Assembly: GCA_000934665.2 (NCBI GenBank)
Contig: KZ538367.1
Location: 1-64,000, forward strand
Length of the DNA stretch: 64,000 nt
Direction: 5' to 3'
Origin: Catajapyx aquilonaris
Lineage: Eukaryota
In this document: piece by piece, positions 40,474 to 52,400 of the stretch
How the letters are laid out: the number at the start of each line of letters is the position of its first letter
How positions within the stretch are numbered: the first letter of the stretch is position 1
Translations under genes and position numbers: made by a program
The notes under the pieces: model-generated
Databases searched by the model: none
Told to the model about the DNA's origin: nothing
The model's input: the letters and a program-made list of their open reading frames with translations, nothing else

Positions 40474-43400
40474 ATGCAGCAGCAGTCGTCCGGGGCGACA
40501 ACGGCCGAGGGAGAGGATGTGGGCGGCCCCGGGGCAGGGCCGGCGGTGGTGGAGACCCCTCGGTTCGTGTCCTACCTGAGGAGGCTGGCCTGCCTGCATC
40601 TGGAGGAGGCCGAGTGGGCATCGGAGGATGGGCAGCCGCCGAATAAGGGGCAGCAGGCCCTGGAGCAGCTCCTGGCCGACAGGGCCAACCTGGACTGCAT
40701 CAGGAGGTTCCTCTCCGACCCGCAGGCCAGGGCACTCCTGCTCCAGAGGACGTCCAACAAAGGTACTCGCTCTCTGCCATGGCCCCAATGCACACACACA
40801 GCCTGATTGCCTTCCTTTTTATTCCAGAGGAGGAGAGTGTTCAGGGCGAAGAGGGCAAGGAGGAGGAAGGGATTGTCACCTACCAGCTGTCCACTGAAGT
40901 GGGATTCTCAAGCACGCGGGCCACGGCCTTGGTCCTGCTGAAGCGAGGCGCTGTTGTGGAGGCGGACAAGGGCCTCCCTGCCCAGCTGCGCACCGTGCTT
41001 CTCTCGGATGGCTCCCCGTACGAGACCTTGCACGCGTACGTGTCCGGATGCGTTGCACCCTTCTTCAAGTCATACGTCAAGGAGAGTGGACGGGCAGACA
41101 GAGACGGAGACAAGATGGCACCCTCCGTGGAGAAGAAAATTGCGGAGCTGGAGATGGGGCTGATGCACCTCCAGCAGAACATTGAGATACCCGAGATATC
41201 CCTAGCGGTGCATCCTGTCATTGCGCAGCTCATCCGAAAGGCAGCCGAGGAAGGAAGGAAGGCTCGCGTGTCTGACCTGGGTGACAGAGCGGAAGACTCG
41301 GTGCTCCTGAACCAGCTGCAGAACGGGGTCAACCGCTGGATCAAGGAGATTCAGAAGGTGACCCGTCTCGAGAGGGATCCCTCCTCGGGAACGGCCCTGC
41401 AGGAGGTCAGCTTCTGGCTGAACCTGGAAAGGGCCCTGCTGCGAATTCAGGAGAAAAGAGAGAGTCTTGAGGTCGCACTCACCCTTGATGTGCTCAAGCA
41501 CGGGAAGAGGTTTCATGCCACTGTCTCCTTCGACACAGACACAGGTAAGCATGCGCACTAGGGTTGAGTAATTAGGAGGAAACAATTATTGCTTGGCATG
41601 TCTGAATCAACATTTCTTTCTCTCCAAAGGTCTGAAGCAAGCCCTGTCCACGGTGAATGATTACAACCCTCTGATGAAGGACTTCCCCATCAACGACCTC
41701 CTGTCGGCCACTGAGCTGGAGCGTGTCCGCATGGCCCTGCAGGGGATCTTCACTCACCTGCGCAAGATCCGCAACACCAAGTACCCCATCCAGCGTGCCC
41801 TGCGCCTTGTGGAGGCCATCTCCAGAGACCTGATGGCCCAGATGCTCAAGGTGCTTGGCACCAGGCGCATGATGCACATCCCTTTCGAGGATTTTGAGCG
41901 GGTTGCGTCTCTCTGCCAGGACGTGTTTTCTGCATGGGATGATGAGTATGACAAACTGCAAGGGTTACTCAGGTTAGTACACTTTATTAACATTTCCCTG
42001 TCACTTCCTGCTTGAATTCTTTGTAATGATACTAATGCGGAATGCTGCTCAACAGGGACATTGTGAAGAAGAAGAGGGACGAACACCTGAAAATGGTCTG
42101 GAGGGTTGCTCCAGCCCACAAGAGGCTCCAAGCCCGCCTGGAGCACATGCGCAAGTTCCGCAGGCAGCATGAGCAGCTGAGAACAGTTATTGGGAGAGTG
42201 CTGCGGCCTCAGCAAGGAGGCCAGGGTCAAGGGGAGGCCACAGATGGGCAGCAGCCAGGAGGAGAGGAGGGAGGTGATGCCTCTGTGTCTTCAGGAGGGG
42301 ACTCGGGACACCCTTCCCTGGACTGGACAGACGCCACTGCAATTGAGGAGGTCAACATCGCTTACGAGAATGTCAAGGAGGTCGACTGCCTTGACATTGG
42401 TAAGGCCACTCGCTTGTGTGACCCTTATCCATTGGCAGTTATGTGAATTATGGTGTTGATTTGACCTGCGTGTAATTTATTCCCAGGCAAGGAAGGAGCG
42501 GAGGCATGGGAAGCGGCAGTGCGGCGTTACGAGGAACGCATTGACCGTGTGGAGACACGCATCACAGCTCGTCTCCGAGACCAACTGGGAACGGCCAAGA
42601 ATGCCAACGAGATGTTCCGCATCTTCTCCCGCTTCAACGCCCTGTTTGTCCGCCCACACATTCGTGGAGCCATCCGTGAATACCAGACCCAGCTGATCCA
42701 GCGTGTCAAAGATGACATTGAGGCACTTCACGAGAAGTTTAAGGTGCAATATCCGGCCAGCAAGTGCTGCAAGATGTCTCATATGAGGGACCTCCCACCT
42801 GTGTCCGGCTCAATCATTTGGGCGCGCCAGATTGATCGCCAACTGGGGGCATACCTGAGGAGGGTTGAGGACGTGTTGGGTCGCGGATGGGAGAACCACA
42901 TCGAGGGACAGAAGCTGAAGGCAGACGGAGACAGCTTCAGAGCTAAGCTGAATGCGCAGGAGATATTCGACGAGTGGGCCAGGAAAGTGCAGGCCAGGAA
43001 TCTGGGTGTTTCGGGAAGAATCTTTGCTGTTGACAGCCAGAGATCTAGGTCAGTCTGTGGGAGGTGAAACGGTTTCTCTTGATGTTTTCCTAGACGTTCC
43101 ATAACTGGTAAATTTTTGCAGATCTGGTAGAGGAGGAAGTGTGCTGAAGCTGAAGGTGAACTTCCTTCCCGAGATCATTACCCTGTCGAAGGAGGTGCGC
43201 AACCTCAAGAACCTCGGGTTCCGTGTCCCTCTGGCTATAGTGAACAAGGCCCACCAGGCGAACCAGCTCTACCCGTTTGCAATCTCCCTGATTGAGAGTG
43301 TCCGCACCTATGAGCGGACCCTGGAGAAGGTGGAGGACAAGTCCAGTGTGCTCATGCTGGTTGCGGGTGTGAGGAGGGAGGTGCAGGCCCTGATTGGAGA

Positions 43401-46400
43401 GGGGATTGGACTGGTGTGGGAATCGTACAAGCTGGATCCATACGTGCAGAGGCTGGCCGAGGCAGTGTTTGGGTTCCAGGAAAAGGTTGACGACCTCCTG
43501 GTCACCGAGGAGCAGGTAAGGACACGTGTGAGACTGAAAAGCAGCTGGATGCTGAGACAATTCCGTGTTTTCAGGTTGAAGCAGATGTGCGCTCCCTAGC
43601 AACATGTGCCTACTCAGCCAATACTTTCGCCGATGTTCTCGGCAAGATCCAGCGGGCTGTGGATGAGCTGAGCCTGAAGCAGTACTCCAACCTGGGTGCT
43701 TGGGTGTCCAAGTTGGACGAGGAGGTGGAGGCTGTGCTGGCTGCTCGACTGGAGGCTGGCATAAAGGCCTGGACACGAGCACTGCAAGGGGAGCGGGATC
43801 CAGGGATGGATCTCAGCATGGACACTGATGCGCCAGACAAGCCCGCCCACCGTCCTGGTGGAGATCCACAGGTACCTCCCAACGCCCATTTGATTCTGTT
43901 TGTACTAATGGAGATCCTCTGCTCATTTCGTAGCCTGTCTGTGGAAAGGCTGTTGTGCTGTGTAATAAGTAGTGCTTGTCTTCTTTCACAGCTGCAAGTG
44001 TTGGTGCACGAGGTGCGCATCACAAATCAGACCATGTACTTGCACCCAAGTGTGGAGGAGGCCCGCCTGCAGATCATGCAGCAGATGTTTGCCTGGCAGG
44101 CCATCGTGACCTCCCAGCAGCGCATCCAGTCCACTAGATACCAGGTCGGCCTGGAAAGGGCATCCTCCTCACAGGCCCAGAAGACGTACCGCAACCTGTC
44201 CTCACGCCTCCCGGCAGGAGCTGCTGTCCTGGAAAAGGCATACGAGGCGGTTGAAACGTGTGTGGCAGATGTTCATGAGTACGTCGCACGTTGGCTGTGC
44301 TATCAAGCCTTGTGGGACCTGCAGCCAGAGTCCCTGTATGGTCGGCTTGGAGAAGATGTTGGCATATGGATGCGATGCCTGGCCGACATTAAGGCAGCTA
44401 GGGCCACGTTTGACACTGCAGATACCCGCCGCGCATTTGGTCCTGTGGTGGTCGACTATGCCAAAGTGCAGAGCAAGGTGTCACTCAAGTACGACTCGTG
44501 GCATCGTGAGGCCCTGGGCCGCTTTGGGTCGCTCTTGGGGGCTGAGATGAGCCGCTTCCATGGGCAGGTTTCGCAGTCCAGGTCTGAATTGGAGCGCCAG
44601 AGCATTGAGGCATCAAGCACATCTGAAGCAGTGGGCTTCATTACCTACGTGCAGCGCCTGAAGGCACAGATGCAGGCATGGAGCCAGCGAGCGGAGCAGT
44701 ACAGGTCGGGCCAGCGCCTGCTGGAGAGGCAGCGCTTCCAGTTCCCTGCTGGATGGCTGCATGCAGACCACCTGGACGGAGAGTGGTCTGCCTTCAACGA
44801 GATCATCCGACGCAAGGATGCTGGGATCCAACAACAGGTGGCCAGCCTGCAGGCCAAGATTTTGGCCGAGGACAAAGTGGTGGAGGCCAGGACCAAGGAG
44901 TACCTGGTCGAGTGGGAAAGGAGCAAGCCAGTCGCCGGACAACTCAGACCAGATGAGGCCTTGCAGAGAATCCAGGTGAGGAGGTGTCACTCGTGATGCT
45001 TGAACACAATTCGAGGGGTTTTGCGGAAGAAGCAAAAGCCTAATCGGTTATATCCTCCTTTAGGTGTTTGAGGGCAAGTACTCTCGGCTGAAGGATGAGC
45101 GAGACAATGTGGCGAAGGCTAAGGAGGCCCTTGAGATCCAAGGAGGCGGACTTGCTTCAGGCGAGCATCTGCAGGTGGCTCTGGAGGAACTGCAGGATCT
45201 GAAGGGAGTTTGGTCGGAACTGGGAGGAATCTGGGAGCAGATTGAGGAGCTGAAGGAAACCGCCTGGCTCTCCGTGCAACCTCGCAAGCTACGCCAGCGA
45301 CTGGACGCCCTTCTGACCCAGCTTAAATCTCTGCCAGCCAAACTGCGTCAGTATGCCTCTTACGAGCATGTGAGGGGCGTGCTGCAGGGCTACACTCGTG
45401 CCAACCTCCTGGTGGTTGAGCTGAAGTCAGACGCCCTGAAGGAGCGTCACTGGAAGCAGCTAATGCGGCAGCTCAGGGTTCAGTGGGTCCTCTCCGACCT
45501 GACCCTGGGGCAGGTCTGGGATGTTGACCTGGCACAGAATGAGGCTGTGGTTAAGGACGTGATTTCCGTGGCCCAGGGAGAAATGGCCCTGGAGGAGTTC
45601 TTGAAGCAGGTTCGTGAGTCATGGCAGGGCTACCAGCTGGACCTGGTCAACTACCAGGGCAAGTGCAGGCTGATCCGCGGCTGGGACGAGCTCTTTGGCA
45701 AGGCGAAGGAGCACACCAACAGCGTGGCTGCCATGAAGCTCAGTCCGTATTACCGGGTGTTTGAAGAAGAGGCTCTGGCCTGGGAGGAGAAGCTGAACCG
45801 CATCTCCGCCCTCTTTGACGTGTGGATTGACGTCCAGAGGCGCTGGGTGTACCTAGAAGGAATCTTCTCCGGGAGTGCAGACATCAAAGCCCTCCTGCCC
45901 GTTGAGACCTCCAGGTTTCAGAGCATAAGCGCAGAGTTCCTCGGACTCATGAAGAAGGTAGGTTCACCTCCCTAATTTGCTACGCACGTTTGCAATGATA
46001 TTGTTGATAACCCGGCACTTTCTTTTGCATTATTAGGTTGGCCGATCCCCAATGGTTGTGGATGTCCTGAACATACCTGGAGTGCAGCGTTCCCTGGAAC
46101 GCCTGGCTGACCTGCTAGCCAAGGTTCAGAAAGCCCTTGGAGAATATCTGGAGCGAGAGAGGTCATCTTTCCCACGCTTCTACTTTGTTGGTGATGAGGA
46201 CCTTCTTGAGATCATTGGCAACAGCAAGAACGTGGCCCGCCTGCAGAAGCACTTCCGCAAAATGTTTGCAGGGGTTGCGTCTGTCCTGCTAAGTCCGGAT
46301 GACACGTCGGTCACAGGTGTGGCTTCCAGAGAGGGAGAAGAGGTGCAGTTTGAAATGCCTGTCAACACCGTTGAGCACCCAAAGATCAACGAGTGGCTGG

Positions 46401-49400
46401 CCATGGTTGAGCGGCAGATGCGGGTCACCTTGGCCTCGAGACTCTGCAAGGCTGTTCAGGATGTCCGCCGCTTTAAGGATGGGGCAATCGACCCACAGGC
46501 TTACATGGAGTGGTGCGACTCATTTCAAGCGCAAATTGTGGTGCTTGCGGCACAGATATCCTGGAGTGAGGATGTTGAAGCTGCACTGGAGAAGAAGAGC
46601 GGTGGGAAAGCACTGGAGAAAGTGTTGGCCCAGGTGGAGGCAACCTTGACGGTACTGGCGGATTCAGTCCTCCAGGAGCAGCCGGCGCTGCGTCGTCGCA
46701 AGCTGGAGCACCTGATCAACGAGTTTGTGCACAAGCGCACTGTCACACGTCAGCTTGTGTCTATGAAGGTGTCCAGTCCCCGTGACTTCCACTGGCTGTC
46801 CCAAATGCGGTTCTATTTTGACCCATCCCATCCGGACGTCCTGCAGCAATTGTCCATTCGTGTGGCCAACGCACGGTTCAACTATGGATTTGAGTACCTG
46901 GGAGTCCAAGACAAGCTGGTTCAAACCCCGCTCACTGATCGCTGCTACCTGACCATGACCCAAGCGCTTGAGGCACGTCTGGGTGGGTCACCATTTGGGC
47001 CAGCTGGCACCGGGAAGACGGAGTCAGTGAAGGCCCTGGGACACCAGCTGGGACGGTTCGTCCTGGTTTTCAACTGCGACGAGACCTTTGACTTCCAGGC
47101 CATGGGGAGGATTTTTGTTGGGCTGTGTCAAGTGGGAGCGTGGGGCTGCTTTGATGAGTTCAATCGACTGGAGGAAAGGATGCTTTCGGCCTGCTCGCAG
47201 CAGATTCAGACCATCCAGGAGGCACTCAAGTCGTCCTCGGTGGCTCAAAAGGAAGGAACGGCTCCTGGGGCCACACCTCCACCTCTAGGTGAGCACTTTG
47301 CACTTTTGGAAAGTGAACTTGAATCATTGCGTTGTGCACGTTTCAGGTGGCATAACAGTGGAGCTGGTGGGTAAGCAAGTACGGGTAAATCCAGACATGG
47401 CCATCTTCATCACGATGAATCCTGGATATGCGGGGAGGTCCAACCTGCCAGACAACCTGAAGAAGCTCTTCCGGTCGTTGGCCATGACTCAGCCGGACAG
47501 GCAGCTAATTGCGGAGGTGATGTTGTTCTCTCAGGGATTCCGAACAGCTGAGAAACTGGCCAGCAAGATAGTTCCATTCTTCAAACTCTGTGACGAGCAA
47601 CTGTCCAACCAGTCCCATTACGACTTTGGACTGCGAGCCCTCAAGTCCGTGCTGGTGTCTGCAGGGAACGTGAAGCGGGAGAGGATACAGAGGATAAAGA
47701 AGGAGGAGGAGTCGGTGGAGGAGTCGGCCATTGCGGACAACCTGCCGGAGCAGGAAATCCTGATCCAGTCTGTGTGCGAGACCATGGTGCCCAAGCTGGT
47801 GGCGGAGGACATCCCGCTGCTCTTCTCTCTGCTGTCCGACGTGTTCCCTGGAGTGGCCTACACCCGGGCCAGGATGGAAGGACTCAAGGAGCAGATCAGG
47901 AGGGTCTGCAAGGAAGAGTACCTCGTCAGCGGGGAGGGGGAGGAGCAGGGAGGGGCCTGGATGGAAAAGGTCAGTCTCGTCCACACTCCTTGTGTTCCTC
48001 TCGGCTCCCAATGTCAAGGTGCGCTTTAGGTTAGAAGTAGTGGACCAGCCAGAAATTAGTATGACAAAGTATCACTGTCGTAAGCTTAAAGCATTAAAGG
48101 TGATGCCTAGAACCGAAAGTTGTGATGTCATGGCCATACGATGTATACCTAGGTAGCAGCTTGCAGTATAGTAACAGAATCGAATGAAAGAGAGCTCAAT
48201 GCATTGGAGGTGCCGGAGAAAGAACTGATGCATTCAGCTCTTTAAGTGTACTTAGCTGCAGTTGCATTATTTTCAACCCTGCATTTACGTGCATGACGTT
48301 GAACTCATTATGCCTGTGAGGGAGCATGGCGCAATCTGGCATGACGGATTGGACCTGTGCGTCGCATCAGTAGATGTGGTACTTTGAAGGAGAGAGTACC
48401 TTGAATTGGGAGCGGATAGAGTAGTTTTTTTGGGCGGTAGAGTTAGGTGGGTTGGGTGACTAATACTGTTTGCTTCTCCCACCCCTGGACACTGACAAAA
48501 AAGGGGGAGTCTTGGTGCGAGAAGGTAGGCCCCACCCCCCTTTAAAACCCCCTGAGAATTGAATCCCTCGACTTTGTGTGGTGGTGTGCCTCCTGCTGGG
48601 TCGTGACGCTGTTTTCTGAATCACAGGTGCTGCAACTGTACCAGATCAGCAGCCTGAACCATGGCCTGATGATGGTGGGTCCTTCTGGTTCTGGAAAGTC
48701 AACTGCCTGGAAGGTCCTCCTCAAGGCCCTGGAGCGACTGGAGGGCACCGAGGGAGTGGCCCATGTGATCGATCCAAAGGCCATCTCCAAGGAAGCGCTC
48801 TACGGCACCCTGGATCCCAACACGCGGGAGTGGACGGACGGACTGTTCACCCACGTGCTCAGGCGAATCATCGACAACGTCAGGGGTGAGATAGGGAAGC
48901 GCCAGTGGATCATATTTGATGGAGACGTGGACCCAGAGTGGGTTGAGAACCTCAACTCCGTACTGGATGATAACAAACTGCTGACCCTCCCTAACGGAGA
49001 AAGGTTGTCCCTTCCGCCCAACGTCAGGATCATGTTTGAGGTGCAGGACCTTCGGTATGCCACCCTGGCCACTGTGTCCAGGTGTGGTATGGTTTGGTTC
49101 TCTGAGGACGTCCTTTCCACCGAGATGATCTTTGAGAACTACCTCTCCAGGTAAGCCACTTGTTAGCGTGGTGCGAACTCTACAGTAGTCGTCATCCTAT
49201 TGAAAGCAAGGGTCGTTCAGCTTCAAAGTTAATGGTCTGAACCAGTAATTTTTCAAGGGTTGGTTTTACGAGGTTCTGATTTTCTTGTGTGTCGGACAGG
49301 CTGCGCAACATTCCCCTGGAAGAAGCAGAGGAGGGTGACTCCTTGCTGATAATTCCACCTGTGGCCGGACGGGAGAAATCCGCAGCCAACGTGAAGGAGG

Positions 49401-52400
49401 AGGAAGGCGTGTCCTCAGTGCTGCAGCTGCAGCGTGAGATTGCAGCCGTCATCCACCCGTTCTTCGGCCCCGATGGCATGGTGGTCCGCTGCCTGGAGTT
49501 TGCTTCTCGGCAGGAGCACGTGATGGACTTCACCCGCCTCCGTGCACTCTCATCGCTCTTTTCCATGCTGAACCAGTCCGTCAGGAACGTCCTGCATTAT
49601 AACCACTCCCACCCAGATTTTCCTCTCACCCCGGACCAGCTTGAGAAATTCATACCAAAGGCTGTTGCATATGCTGTCCTGTGGAGCTTTGCCGGTGATG
49701 CCAAGCTGAAGGTCAGTTTGATATTTCCACTGTTATTCCCTTGAAATAATTGTAGCGCATTGGATGGTAACATCCACTTAACACCTGCTTAACACTCATT
49801 GCTTGTGGTGATTCTGCAGGTGAGAAGCGATCTTGGTGACTTCATTCGTTCCGTGGCTACCATTCCAATGCCGCCTGCCGGGTCAGGTCAGAGTGGCCCA
49901 CCAGTGGTGGACTATGAGGTGAACCTGCTCAGTGGGGAGTGGACTCCGTGGGCGGCCAGGGTGCCGCACGTGGAGGTGGAGACCCACAAGGTGGCTGCCC
50001 CTGACGTGGTTGTCCCCACCCTGGATACGGTCAGGCACGAGGCCCTCCTGTACACGTGGCTGGCTGAGCATAAGCCGCTGGTTCTGTGTGGACCGCCCGG
50101 GTCTGGAAAGACCATGACCCTGTTCTCGGCCCTGAGGGCTCTGCCTGACATGGAGGTCGTGGGGCTCAACTTCTCCTCAGCCACTACTCCCGAGCTTCTT
50201 CTCAAGACACTTGATCACTACTGCGAGTACAGGTTAGTCCCTGCACTGATTGTGTATCAGTAGTTTGCGACATACAAAGAGGACACGAGAAATCTCTGCT
50301 GTTCGCAACTTGTGTCAGAATATGTTGACCATGTGTTTCAGACGCACCCCAACCGGTATGGCCCTTGCCCCTGCGCAACTTGGGAAGTGGCTGGTCTTGT
50401 TCTGTGACGAAATAAACCTCCCGGAGCTGGACTCGTATGGCACCCAGAGAGTCATCTCCTTCCTTCGACAGCTGGTTGAGCACAAAGGGTTCTACCGCGC
50501 AGGAGACCAAGCCTGGGTCAGGCTTGAGAGGGTGCAGTTTGTCGGAGCATGTAATCCACCGACTGACCCGGGAAGGAAGCCCCTCAGCCACAGGTTCCTC
50601 AGGTGAGTCACACAAGTTGGTCACATTTGGTTTCAATGCGAAATTGGGCTCCCCATCTTTTTGAGCGATGCAATGTGCATTGGATGTGTTCACTTCCAGA
50701 CACGTCCCAGTGATATATGTGGACTACCCGGGCGAGACCTCCCTGAAACAAATCTACGGCACTTTCAACCGTGCCATGCTGCGGCTTGTTCCTCCTCTAC
50801 GCCCCTTTGCGGAACCCCTGACTGCAGCCATGGTTGACCTGTACCTGCAGTCGCAGGAGCGCTTCACTCAGGATATGCAGCCACACTATGTGTACTCACC
50901 TCGTGAGATGACGCGGTGGGTGAGAGGAATTTGCGAAGCCATCCGTCCCCTGGAGGAAGGGCTTGATTCGGAGGGGCTTGTGAGGCTCTGGGCGCACGAG
51001 GCCCTCAGGTTGTTCCAGGACCGACTGGTGGATGCGGAGGAGAGGAGCTGGACCGATCGCACGGTTGACTCAGTGGCCCACACTCACTTCCCAAATGTGG
51101 ACCTGAACAAGGCCTTGCAGAGACCCATCCTCTTCTCCAACTGGCTCAGCAAGAACTACGTGCCTGTCGAGAGAGACGAGCTGAGGGAGTACGTCCGTGC
51201 CCGACTCAAGGTCTTCTACGAGGAGGAGCTGGACGTCCCCCTGGTGCTGTTTGACCAGGTGCTGGAGCACGTCCTGCGCATCGACAGGATCTTCCGCCAG
51301 CCGCAAGGGCACTTGCTCCTCATCGGCGTGTCTGGCGCAGGGAAGACCACTCTCTCCCGCTTTGTGGCCTGGATGAATGGATTGTCAGTCTTCCAGATCA
51401 AGGTACACATCACTCAATGACCTGACGTTCACAGTAGACGTGAACAGGTACTTTTAGTAGTAGAGGGCGTTGTTGATGAGATTGTCACATGTTGGCGGGA
51501 GGGCTTAATTAATTGTCCTCAACGTGACAGGTGCACAACAAGTATCGAGGAGAGGACTTTGATGAGGACTTGCGTCAGGTGCTAAGACGGTCTGGGTGCA
51601 AGGATGAGAAGGTGTGCTTCATCCTGGACGAGTCCAATGTGCTGGAGTCTGGATTCCTGGAGAGGATGAACACCCTGTTGGCCAATGGGGAGGTTCCTGG
51701 CCTCTTCGAAGGAGACGAGTTCACAACTTTGATGACCCAGTGCAAGGAGGGAGCACAGAGGGAGGGGCTGATGCTGGATTCCAACGAGGAGCTGTACAAG
51801 TGGTTCACGCAGCAGGTCATGCGCAATCTGCACGTTGTCTTCACCATGAACCCATCCTCGGAGGGGCTCAAGGACAGGGCTGCAACGTCTCCTGCACTGT
51901 TCAATCGATGTGTTCTCAACTGGTTTGGGGACTGGTCGGACGCGGCACTCTTCCAGGTCAGTTTACTTCATGGCCATCTATTGCTGTGAAGAAGTTCTTC
52001 GTAAAGGAGCATTAGACTCGCAGTGATATTAATGAGGTAATAATTGCAGGTGGGTCGTGAGTTTACGGCCAAGATGGACCTGGACCGCCTGAGCTGGAGA
52101 TCTCCGGATGTGTTCCCCGCTGCTGCCCCAGCTCACGTTCTTCCACAGCCTCCGACGCATCGTGATGCTGTGGTGAATGCATTTGTGTACGTCCACCAAA
52201 CGCTGCATGGAGCCAATGCCCGACTGGGGAAGAGAGGAGGACGAACCATGTTTATCACTCCACGACACTACCTGGACTTCATCCAGCACTTTGCACGGCT
52301 CTATCACGAGAAGCGGGCAGAGCTGGAAGAGCAGCAGCTCCACCTGAACGTGGGCTTGACCAAGATAGCCGAGACTGTGGAGCAGGTGGAAGAGATGCAG

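Noticed and set aside
43094..43107. tag|ACGTTCCATAACTG|gtaaat possible microexon in dynein
   Set aside because: 14 nt shifts the frame, and the following intron would be only 14 nt.
43872..43991. In-frame stop-free 40-aa insertion in dynein (and the similar 72-nt one in ADO, 62562-62633)
   Set aside because: Both have canonical GT-AG ends and intron-like composition, and I recognise no such insertion in known homologs. They are treated as ordinary introns, although retention cannot be excluded.
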